Part shown: piece after piece, positions 11,606 through 24,190 of the stretch
Layout: each line of letters opens with the position of its first letter
How positions within the stretch are numbered: the first letter of the stretch is position 1
The notes under the pieces: generated by a model
Seen by the model: only the letters and a program-made list of their open reading frames with translations
Told to the model about the DNA's origin: nothing
The model's database searches: none
Source of the DNA: the human T2T-CHM13v2.0 reference genome, Homo sapiens
Length of the DNA stretch: 64,000 nucleotides
Direction: 5' to 3' (one strand)
NCBI RefSeq assembly: GCF_009914755.1
Contig: NC_060929.1
Program-made: the position numbers and the translations under genes

Positions 11606-13655
11606 TAGTAGAGTGGTGTTTTCAGTGACTTTTCTTCCTCCTTTTACTGTATCCTACCTTGGTTGAGATGATATTTTGCAAGAAAGAGTTCTTTATTAAG
11701 TCAGTTCTGTGTGTGCAATACTATAATTGTAATTCACTTTTGGAAGCTAGTTATTAACATAACATTTTGTAACTAGGTTTTGCTCTTGAATTTTTTGGGA
11801 CCCCCCCCCGCATCTCTTCCTATAGCATATATGTACTTTATAGACTGGTACAATATAGAAGTTTGAAAGTGATTTGACCTGTTAAGATTTTAGCAGGATT
11901 TTTTCTTTTGATATCCATATATGTTGTTTTGTTATACCGAAAATAATAGAAAAAAACTAGTGTCCCATTCCCACTTTTTCTCTGAGCATAGCAACTGGAG
12001 TCTTGGGAGGAGGCTTACATCTTTCAAATTTAACTATGATCTCAGAATATGGCTGGTGCTTTCAAGGCAAGTTTTGTTTTGTTCAGGTTTGTTTTCATGA
12101 TGTGTTAGGATCTGCCTAGTATCCTATCTGGTAGGCTGTACAACTTGAGTTCTAGTTATTCTGGTTTGTGTGTTCCCAGGAAGAGGGGGGTTCTGCAAAA
12201 ATATTTAAAAGCCAGTCTTCTTCTGTTTTCTTCTTAGTCACATCTTCTGTCTACTTTACTCATTGACCATTTCTCATTCTTTGGAGATGAAAGTGTAAAT
12301 TAAGTGAATGATGACACTAGAGCTGAAAAGTTACCCAGAGTCATGTTTATTCCCTTTTCTACTAAGCAGGGAACTTGAACTCTGGGTGCACATGAGTTCT
12401 CTGGAGAACATCTTCATAATGCACTGTAATATATGTCGTGTACACAGGTTAGCTCTTTGTGCTCCAGAGACACATTTTACAGTCATGATTTGGTATCTGC
12501 ACTTGATGATTTTATAATTTAAAGGAATCACTACAAAGATTGACCAGCTCTGTGTCTGTTCCTGTGCCTACACGCCTGTACAAGCATACTCAAACACATC
12601 TGGTAGCAATGTAGGAAATCTTGCAGGCTCTGTGGGGGTGAGTGATACATTTAGATCAGGCTCTGTTTAATTAGGGGACTTAGAGGAGCAGGTGAAGCTT
12701 AAAGAGTGATTAAAAACTGGGAAACAAAAGTCTGGCTGTGGGAGATAATAAAGTAGAGAATTCTGTGGGCACAGAATAGGCAAGAAGATTATGCAGTGAG
12801 AAGTGTTGGGAATCATGAGTTCAGCTCCTGAAGGGCTTTGAAATCTGCTATGAGAACTTCTTATGTCTTTGGAAATCGGGAGCCACAGTTGAGGAAAGTG
12901 GTGATTTAAATGTTTCTCTGTGAAAATAATTTTGGCGCCCATGTAATTGTATCCTGTCTTTCTTGTAGATGTTCTTATAAAGAATAGGATTTCTGAATCT
13001 AGAAGAGCTGTGAGCAAACATGCTTTTGGTTTCCTTCTCCTCTCTGCGTGCAGTTGTGAATGTGGCTTACAAAGTTGATAGCAGTTGTATACATGGATCT
13101 AGGGATGGTTTGACAGTGGTGGTGGTGGTTGTCTACTTGCTGACACTTGGTGACTACTATTGATAATGAGAACCACAAGGGTAAGAGATTTTTAAAGCTT
13201 TACCCCCACATCCCCCCTGCCCCCAAAAGTTACCCTTAGGTTGTATGTATGCAAGTGTCTTTCTTCCATTGCAGGAGATCCTGAGCACCTTGGTTCCCAA
13301 GCCTCCTGCATGGTCCGAGATTCTTGTTAAAAATGTGGGCAGTAAGGCCCTTCTGCCAAGCTTAGTGAATCTGAATTTTGAGGGATGGTTCTAAGGAATT
13401 TGTTGATTTAAAAACCCCATGTCCAATTATTTTGTACAGGTTTGAATTAGAATACAATGGGTTGTGACCCATTATGGGCATTTATTTTCATGGGATGATG
13501 TGCTCAGGAGATTTTGTTTTGGCCAATAGTGTTGAGGAAAATGTGGGGATTGGTTTGCTTGCCTTTTTATTTCAGATTGCAGCAGTCATAGAGATGTTGG
13601 AGCACAAAGTGAAAGAGTTGTTTCTGTGAATTCACTTTAGAAATCTAGCTGTGAG

Positions 13656-13658
<3 letters not shown>

Positions 13659-13688
<30 letters not shown>
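13659..13688 (+). repeat. (TG)15 microsatellite with further degenerate TG runs to ~13760
   Basis: Direct count. Confidence 0.97.
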
Positions 13689-13690
<2 letters not shown>

Positions 13691-14227
13691 TTTCTGTATG
13701 TTTTTCTGTATGTATGTGTGTCTCGGGGTGGGTATTGAAGTCAGTTTGTGTGTGTGTTTATTATGAAAGTTGGTCAGGATGTAGTACTTCCATAACCTTA
13801 GGTAAGAACAGGACCTTTGGGTTATTGATTCAACATGAATTCATTTGAAATAGAAGCTTTGTGAAGCTTAGCAACATTTTATTCATATGGTTAATGTGTA
13901 TAAAACTTAACCCTGAATCTTCCTTTAGCTTTCTTATCTGCATTTGCCAAATCAGTTGATGTCAAACCCCATTCTTCCAGTTGTCCAGGCTGATACCTTG
14001 GAATCATTGTTAACTCCTTTGTTCTCATACACCCCATGATCTCCTTCATCAGGAAGCTTACTGTCTTTCATATGTCTGCTGCTCACCACCCCACTGCTAT
14101 CACCCTGGTTGTAAGCCATCGTCATCTTCTCCCCTCCCTTAGATTACTGCATCTCTGAACTGGTCTCGCTGCTTTTATCATTGCTGTCCACCCCTCCTCC
14201 TGCTTATTCTCAACATACCAGCCAGGA

Positions 14228-14829
<602 letters not shown>

Positions 14830-17800
14830 TAAGTCGAGAACTATCATGTCTGTGCTCAGAGCTCTCCACTGAGTTCACAGTTTCCTTAGAGTACTGTAAA
14901 AGCTAAAGCCTTTATATCCAGCATGGCCATTCTGGCTCTCTGGTATCTCTTTGACCCCACTCCTTACCTTTTCCCCCTCGTACACTGTGTTCTCAGGCTA
15001 TACTGGTCTTCTAGCCAGTATATGCTCTTCATGCCAGAAGCATGCCAGACATGCTCCTACCTTAGGATCTTTGCATTGCCTGTTGCCTTTACCTGTAATG
15101 GTTTTCCCCTAGATATATGCCTGTTGGCTCACTCTTTTATTTCCTTAACATTTTAACTCAGTTGGCACCTTCTTGGTGAGACCCAGCCCAGCCACCCTGT
15201 TTAAAATTACACCTCTCTTCCAGGACTTCTTGTCCACCTTCCCCTGTTTTAATTTTTCTCTATAGCACTTTTCACCTAACAAACATATCATTTACTATAT
15301 CTCGTTGGCCTCCTTCTGCTGGAATATAAGCTAAATGAAGACAAGTGTTTTGGTTCCTTTTATTCACTTCTATATTCCCAGCTCCTAAAATGCTATCTTA
15401 ATAAATATTCTTTTGGATGAATGACTTGAATGAATTTGACAAGTTATTGTAATGTATGTGGTACTGTTTTTTAAAGATTATATTCTAGTGCGAGAGACAG
15501 AAATAAAGTAAATGAACAAATTATTATGAATCAGTTAATACAGTGAAGAAAATGAACATAGTATTGGATTAGAGATTAGGGAAACTCTATATAGGATTAT
15601 GGGGTGATCAGGGAAGGTATCTGGGATGAGAGCTAAAGCTGAGACTTAAATAACGATAGAGCTAAAAATTAGTGGCCAGGGATTAAGAAAAGTGGTATAA
15701 GCAGAAAATGGCATTTGTAATATCTGAGGTTCAAAAGACATTCCAGTATAGGAAGATAAATGCTTTTGAAGAATGAGTTCTTACTAATATTTATTGGGAG
15801 CAGGAATAATGCTTCTGGAGTTTGATTTCATTGTTTTGAGGAGCAACAGCTCATTTGTAGTAACAGGACACACTGTGAAAAGTGCTAGATACCTGGATTA
15901 CATGCCCTTTCTCTGTCTCTCTGTGTTCCTCTAGTAACTTGAGTTTATCTCATTGTACTTACATATAGGGGTATAGTTTGGTGTCTGTCGTGCTACGTTA
16001 TTCTGTGAAGGGAGATTCTGTCCCGTTTGCATTTTTGCTATTCCCACTCTTCACTCATATAGTACCTTTGTATGGGACTTAGAAAAAGGCCTTCTCATTT
16101 ATTCCTTCACCCTTGGCTAGTGCTGATAAACCCCTGCATGTCCTACAATGTCTGCTAGTTAGTAGGTGCTCAATAAGTGTTTAATGATTCATGGCTGTTA
16201 TAGCTGCTGAGTCAGTTAATGCACATATACTTAAAGAAGTAGGTGTACCTTATGATAATCATTTCTGTATTTCTGTTGATTAACCTAGAGTACTATAGTT
16301 ATGGAAGTATTTGTACCTAGTTTCTGATTTGATTTTTCTTAGTTTCAACCTCCAAATTTGTATAACCCCAAGTATATTAGAGAGAATTGTTTTGAAGCAG
16401 GAATGACTCATGATAATGTAAATCCTCTCTTTAGTAAGGGTTCATAATATGGCTGAGGTATAGCTGCACTTTAATTTTGAAACCTGTTTTTCCTCTGACT
16501 CTTCAAGAAATATGTTTATTTTAAAAAATATAGAATTAGATGAAGCAGAAAGTGAAAAGTACACCTAACCCCACCACCAGAGCTAATATCACAAACCCTT
16601 TCTTTCATTAAACAAATATTTATTGAGCATATGTATCACTAGGCTTACAGTGATGAGTGAAAACAGATACAGCTCTTCTCGTGGAATTTACATTCTTGTG
16701 GGGACAGATTTGAAAGGTAAATGTAAAAACATAGGTGTGGTAAGTGCTACAAAGTAGGAGTATGTGATGCGGTAAGCATATAAGAGGGGGACTTCTAGCC
16801 AGGACGGTTTGGGAAGACTTCCCCGAAGAAGGGATGCTTGAGCTGAAAGAGAGGTGAGGTGTGTGTGTGTTTTGTAATGTGATAGATTCATTTGTAATTC
16901 ATGATATACCGTAATTTTATAAGGTTTTCATTTATGGCTGAGGTACCACTGCATCTCTTTTGGTACACTAATGACGTTCTGTGTTCAGTCAGTGGTTGCA
17001 GTTTTTCAGAAGAATCAGGGAACCTCACGTACACAGGAATTTCTAAATATTATGATTACCTTGGTTTTCTTTCTAGCTTTGAGGTCATTTCTCTAAGAAA
17101 TGACAAAATACATCAATAAAAGGGTATTATCAAGTCAAGTCTTCATAAACCAAAGGTATACTATGAAAGGCCAAGATAATAGCAGATAATGGGTTCATAG
17201 CTGTTAAGTCCCTCCAGTTTCTAGTGTAAGAAGGAGCATACCTTCCTGTCTGTTCAATTATTGGCTCTCTGTGCTTGGTGTACATTTTTTTAAACTCAAT
17301 TTTAATGCCCTATTTCTGTTGGCTATCATATGGAAATAAATATAGGATAAAACTAAGTGATAGGCTAAATGGCATATGAAACTCTTTATAGCCCCTGTTC
17401 TTTTTTCCATTACTCTCTAAGATCTTACAGAGATTATGGTTAGTGTCTTTTAAGCCTGAGTTCCTAGCATGGAGTATTCCTGACATACACTAGTGGGCAC
17501 CCGGTAAATTTTGAATAAATCAAATGTCTCCTCTGTCTAATATCACAATTCATCTCTCCAATTCATATGATCCTCAATATCTACATATTTATTCCTTTTC
17601 TCCTTGAGCTTTAATTTTATATCTTCCTGGATGCATGCCAGTATTTGTTTCCTTATGTCCCTCCACTGTCACCTTCTTGCCTTGTTTTGGCCATAACTAG
17701 AGTTACCCTTTGGTAAGTGATGTTTTCATTATTCAGGGTTTAAACCTTAACTTTTCTAGTTAGGCTTCTGTTTATTTGTGACATCCCTCGTATCTCTTTT

Positions 17801-19624
17801 TTTTTTTTTTATTTAATCACGGTGTGTGTGTGTTCCTCTCAGTTAGGTTACTACCATGGTTTTCATCTACGCTTTGTCCCCCTAGTTAGTCTCTTACTTG
17901 GTCCTTTGTTGTTGGAATTTTTGTCTTCTTGAAATACCTCTTCGAACATGTCTTTCGGCTTAGATAGAACTCTACACGGCACATAGAACTACTTCTAGCA
18001 GTCTGACTCCTTAGCCTTGTATTCACAGTCTTTCCCTGTTTGACCTTCATTCTGTGGTTGTGCCTTTCCCTTTTGCTTCACAGTCAGACTAGCTGATTGT
18101 CACCTCCTAGCCTCCCTTCCTCATTTGGCTGAGTGATTTGGTTTTCCTCGTCCTTGTACTTTCTTGCCAAGTGGACTGTGAATGATAGATTGTTATATTT
18201 CTATCTCGTATTCAGTATTTTGGTAGTCACTCTCAAAATTTGTGCTTATATGACAAGCAGTTATTCTTGCCTCATCCTTAAGCTCCTATTCACTTAGGTG
18301 CAGTGTGTTTGAGTTTGCAGGGGAGGGGTAGAATCTGTCCAAACCAGCTGTTTTTTTTGCACAGTTGCTAAACCCCCTCAACCAACTTCTTGTCTGTTAC
18401 TGGCCATTTGCAACACAGTTAATTCCTTCTTAATCAGTCATATTCACCAGTATATAATCTTTTCACTTTTTTCTTCTTCCACTTTCCAGTTATACTGTTC
18501 TTTCTGTTCCATGTATGTACTCTAAATACCTCATAAACCAGAGGTATACTATGAAAGGCCAAGATAATAGCAGATAATGGGTTCATTATCTGAGTCTGAA
18601 AGTGTTTGATCACTCAGATTTAATTCCATTCATTCATACGGCAGTTTTGATGAAAATTGACTGTCTCACCTAACACGAATTGTCCCGTGGGTTTCCTAAT
18701 GAGATTTTAGATTTAGATTTTGGGGGATTCTCTGGTTTTCAAGCTAGAAGTAGAAATTCCCTGAAAGGTTTCATGGACACTGTTCAGTGTAGTTTGTGTT
18801 TTTCTTTTATGATGCTCATGGTTAGCCTGTTCTGAATTACTGTAACAAGACTTGGCTTTTAAAGAAAAGGCTGTTTGACACTTAGCCTTCTGAAAGTTTG
18901 GTTTAATACGGCCCTAGTAAGAGCAAAAAAGAGAAGGCAGAATTTGTCTTCTATCCCTGATTATGTTATTGAAATAAGATTAACATTTATAAACAACTGT
19001 TTTACAATAGGTTTCTATGGAGGTTTATTGCAAAAGAAAATAGCTTGACGATTTAAGTTCCTTGAAGCCTATTGACTTTTTGGTTTTCTTAGGAACTAAA
19101 TATATTACCTCTTAATATGTTTAGATATATATAAATATATCTTATTATATTGGTATATATTAATATATATTATTCCCACTGGTGTACTTTAGGATAGGTA
19201 TGTTAGGTGGCTCAGGATGAGGATTACAGAGGTGCAAATAGAATCTGCTCAGAAGCCAGATTGTCTAGGGCATTATTTCACCTATGTGGACTGTCAAATG
19301 CATCTTCCCTTGACTTACTAGAGAACTCAGAAGTAAGCAAGCCCTGGAGCACCTGAAAGTACCAAGGATACAAATCATGTATTCCATGCTAATTGGGTTC
19401 TTTTTGAGACAGAAGGAAAGTTCATTTTCATTAGGTAGTTTATCAAGTTTCTCCAAAAGCAACACTGAGGAATATAGGAGAAGCTATGAGAAATGCAGAA
19501 AGAGAAAAGAAAAAAAAAAGAGTTAAAAGAATGAGAACAAAGGAGGGGTTAGAATGACAGATACTGGGGGCAAGTGATGGGGAGCATCAGAAAGGACTTT
19601 GAGAGAGGACAAAAGAAAAAGCTG

Positions 19625-20138
19625 CCGTATTTCTTCTAAGATGTAATTTTTTTTTTCACCTCATAACATAACATTAACTGTCTTACAGTTAATAGCATCT
19701 GAGTATTGCTTTTGGCCAGGTGGCAGTTTTGATCTAGTTGTCATTGTACAGGCATGGCTCTGACTTGCTGTTTCTGTTGCTGTCATTTCAGTCTCAGTGT
19801 GGACATTGTTTTAACTTCTCGTGTTGAGTAATTGCCATTTAAAATATTTTCTTAGTTGTTGTTTTCACATCTTCATTTAGATCCTCTAGGGACACCAAAC
19901 AGGCACCAGTATCAAAATTTGCAGGATGGTTGTCAGTGGCTTGAAAGACAGTCCTGGAGCAGTGTCGGAACATTCTTCATACTTACATTCTTGATGGCAG
20001 AAGGATGATACTGTGAATAAAAATTTTAAGTTATAAGAAAGCATTATGCCATTTACTTTGCAGCTTTTTCTTCCTTCAGGGTTCATAAAATAATGCGGAC
20101 TCTTAAAGTACATGACTGTATGCTTATTGAAATAAAGG
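19625..20138 (+). mobile_element. Tc1/mariner (Tc2/pogo-like, Kanga-type) DNA transposon remnant
   Basis: Starts 'ccgtatttc' (Tc2-type terminus). ~19890-20015 translates to a degenerate transposase C-terminus, KQAPVSKFAGWLSVA*K...EHS...LDG..DD.V. Confidence 0.5.
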
Positions 20139-22044
20139 ATCCCAACCATTTATTTAAAATCCTCAGCCTGATAGCAACAATGTTCATGATTATTACAACA
20201 ATAATAACTACAGTTGCCCTTTATTGAGTATGCACTGTGTACTAAGTGTTTCTCACTTAATTCTCAGAACCTTTTAGGGCCATAGTATTCACGATACAAA
20301 ATAGGAAAAAATGGAGATTTTGGGTGTAAGTGTTAGATCCAGAATTTGAACCCAAGTTTATTAGGCTTCAAATCCGGTGCTGTAGTTCCTCATCCTGTTA
20401 TATAAAGTATTACTTTGTGAAAGACATAGAAGCTTTTATGCTTAAGATAAAATTGTCTCCCTTCATCCTTCTCCCCAAAGGGTCATATCCTGACTTCTTT
20501 TAGCGACCTTTATATCTTTAGGGCAACTCCATTCTCCACTGTGTATCGTAGATAGTTATGGGCACATTTCAGTTGTTCTATTAATTTGTGACTATTTAGA
20601 GTTAGTCTGGATCTGATTTATATTTCAACTCTTTATTATCTAGCTTAGTGCCTTGCCTTTTATAGGCACTCAGTAAATATGTGTTGTATAAATAAGGCTA
20701 TAAGTGTGAGCTTAAGTTTAGCACTGGTTATTATGTATATTTGTGTCTCAGTAGACTCTGAAAGCATTTAGAAAAGGAGTATAGAGGACCAAAATTTAGC
20801 TGTCCAGTAATCTGTAATGTGTAAAGACTGTTGCAGTTGCTAAGTACAGTCTTTTGGGATTTTCTCTATTACTGGAATAAGTGTAGAGGTGATGTAGAAG
20901 AGTATTATGGGGTGTTAGATACACAGCTGATTTAAATTGAAGATAGGTGTTCTCAGTGTTTCTAAATTCGTTTTATTTAGTGAAAGGCAAAGGGGGCATG
21001 AAAAATTGAATCAACTTTTCAGGAAAGAGACTCAAAATGTTCAGAGGTATTGCAGGTTCACTTGTGGCTCATGCAAATCAGAACGTATTTTATTTTTTGT
21101 ATACATAATGAGAAATTTTTTCATAACCGAGTACTTATGTGAGGATACTAAAGTAAATCTATTGCTGTAACCCAAGCTCTCTGATCATTTTATTTCAAAT
21201 TTTGGACCAAGGTGTTATTTTGAATATAGTATAGTCTGCAGAAAAGACTAGGACAAAATGCATCCATTATATGGGTACCATAAAGAAGTTTTAATCTCAG
21301 TTTAACAATTTTACTTTTACTATAGGTGGTTTAGTTCCTTTAGAAACCTAGCTGTTAAATATTAAGAGAATAGATGAGTAAAATATGATTGCACCATTAA
21401 AGGCATTTAAAAAAATCTATATATTCGGGTGAGGGAAGAGCAAATGCTTGTGGTGTTAAATAGAAAATGCAGAATACCAAGTAATATCATGTTATATCCT
21501 GTTACGGGCAGTTGTGGGCAAGACTATATATATGCAGAGGAAACAAATATAAGCATACCATATGTTAATGGTATGATTATAGGTGAGTATACTTAGGAAA
21601 AATATTTTTTAAGGAAAAATATTTTTTAAAAAGTGGTACATTGTCTCATCATTTCTGAGATCATTGTGTTCCAGTAATAAGTGTGCTAAAAATGTCCTAA
21701 TGATAATTAGAAAAGCTTTGGAGTAAGATCACCACAAAAAAAATATATTTTTATGCAGTGGTAGTAAGCATAAAGCTAAACCTTTCATTCCTGCTGATTG
21801 ACCTAGCACAAATGTGAGAAGGTTGGGTTAAAGTTGATAGGTTGATGACATACGTTAAGTGGTATAAAAATAAGTTTGAAAATGAGCAAATTAAGCTGGA
21901 TTATTCTTGATCTCTTAAACTATACAATCTTATGATAATATTTAACAATTTGAATGTTTTGGAGAAGTCAGGAATATGAAGAACAATTACAGACCTGTAA
22001 GGGAAGAAAATTCCTTGGCAGGAGGGTTTCTTTCTAGGAGGCAG

Positions 22045-22300
22045 TCTGTACAGTGGTTTGGAATATGGATTCTGCAGCTGGACTGCCAGGGTTCAATTCT
22101 CAGCTCTGTTTCTTGCTTTCTGTATAATTAAGCAAGTTACATTTAATTTCCCTTTGCCTGTTTTCTCATCTGTAAAATGAGAATAATGGAATTTGCTTTA
22201 TAAGGCTGTTTTGAAATTTAATGATTTTTGGTTTCTAAATGTAAAGTCCTTAACAGTACTTGGCATAGTGAGTGCTCAATAAATGTTAGTGGTTTATTAT
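22045..22300 (+). mobile_element. MIR SINE
   Basis: 'gggttcaattctcagctctg...ttttctcatctgtaaaatgagaataat...gtgctcaataaatgttag'. Confidence 0.8.
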
Positions 22301-22361
22301 TATTACCATTATCAAAGGAGTATTATGATTCCTTTGCTTAAGCAATTGATTTTTTTTTTAG

Positions 22362-22436
22362 AAAGGAAGCTGTTGAAGTTATTGAAGTACCTGTTGCTAT
22401 ATTCTAAGAAATTAAAATGTCCAGAAATCTGCCTCT
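22362..22436 (+). other. SMAD5: SMAD5 non-coding exon 2 (75 nt)
   Basis: Acceptor poly-T then AG at 22360-22361; donor TCT|GTAAGT at 22436/22437. Confidence 0.85.
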
Positions 22437-23424
22437 GTAAGTAACCTTTTAAGATCATTCATGCCACTCTGTTTCTTTAGTCAGTAATAATGCAGCCCAT
22501 GTTCTATGCCTTCTATAGAGAATTTCATTTAAAATGAAACCACTGAAAAATGTAGACCACCATTTTATACTAAATGGTGAGTAAAAGGTCTGATTTTATC
22601 TTGAAGAATGAAACTAAAATTCTGGGAAAACATTAGCTTATAGTAACTGTAAACATGCATGAATTGTTATAATGAACAAATAATGGATCAAGTGTGAATG
22701 GATAAACAATTTTTCCCACAAAATAATTCAGTATCATTATATGACAGCCTTCAATTTGACATTTGTGGCATTAGCTTTAAGTTGTTCTTTTTTTTGCAAA
22801 AATATTGATAAAAATATATATACATTTTTTCAAGGACCTCTGTTAAATTCTTTGATAGTCAAGTTACTCTTACCCTCCTCCCGAACAAAGAATGTCTTGC
22901 TTACTGATTACTGTAAAAGTGGTAGATTCCCTGAGCTCAGTATTCCTCATCCATGCATCAAGACTACAAAAAAGCACAAACTCATACAAATAAAACATGG
23001 AGAATCTTATAATACTGAAGGAAAGATTACGTGTTATTCCTTCTATACAACATTCACAAAAAGGCAAAACTATAAAATACATCACATTATCCCCATGGGT
23101 CTTGGGGACAAACAAAACCTCAAATAATGTCAATGCTTATGCTGCTTGCTGTGCCCAGAGTAGCAGAGTCTCTAACCCAGGAGTCTTATGTCCTTTGGCA
23201 CCATCCAGAAGACAGTAACAGACTAACTTGTAAGTGGGGTAAAATCAAATCCTAGATCCTACATTGTTTGCCATCATTTTTATAAACTTTGGAAATCTTG
23301 GAATTTTTGCAAAATCTGTAGTCTCACTCATGGTTCATAAGCCATTATGGTGAGGGAGACACTTGTGAATAGGGACTGATTTTATAAGTGATCAGTCACA
23401 AGTATGTTTTAAAGATATTTTTAA

Positions 23425-24190
23425 AAATTGAAATAATCATCTAGTAAAGCACACAGAATTAAAGTGTGTAGCTTAATGAACTTCTGCATATGGTATACAT
23501 CCATGTCATCATCACCCAGATCAAAATATGGAAAATTTCTAGCTCCCTAGAAGGCTGTCTCATGACCCTTCTTAGTGCTCTTCTGGCCTTGATGGCATAG
23601 GTTAGTTTTGCCTGTTTTTGAATGTTGTGTAGATGGAATAATGTGTAATCTTTCCCTCAGAATATATGAGAATTCTCCATGTTTTACACATACTAGTTCT
23701 TTCTGTAGCTGTGAAGTATTCCATTTTATGAATTTATTACCAGTATTTACCCACTCTACTGCTGATGAATATTTGGGTTCCAGTTTGGGACTATTATAAA
23801 TAAAGTTGTTAGGAACATGTACTTGTTTTTTGGTGGACACAGCACTCATTTCTGTTGGATATATACCTAGGAATGGAATTTCTGGGTCATAGGGATCTAT
23901 GTTTAGCGTTAGTGGATACTGTTAAACAATTTTCAAAAGTGACTGGACTAATGTATATTCCTACTATCAATATATGAGAGTTCCAGTTCTGTATTATCAT
24001 GAACAGTTAATCTTTTTTTTTTTTTTAAGTGTAGCCATTCTGGTAGGTACCGAGTGAGATTTTACTGTGGTAGTTTTTGTTTTCTTTTTGCATTCATGTG
24101 ATAACTAATGATATTGAGCCCATTTTCTCATCCAGTGGCTATTTTAATGTCCTCTTTTGTGAAGGATCTGTTCAGATCTTTTGACTATTC
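23425..24190 (-). mobile_element. Old L1 (L1M-type) 3' fragment
   Basis: 'atatatacctaggaatggaatttctgggtcatagg', 'gagagttccagtt', 'tagccattctggtagg' are L1M 3' motifs in antisense. Confidence 0.75.

Noticed and set aside
17760-18210. Pyrimidine-rich stretch with several CpGs between the two 56-bp copies; considered as a foreign insert or processed pseudogene
   Set aside because: No ORF or recognisable homology; 56 bp is far longer than a retrotransposon TSD; the CpG excess is modest.
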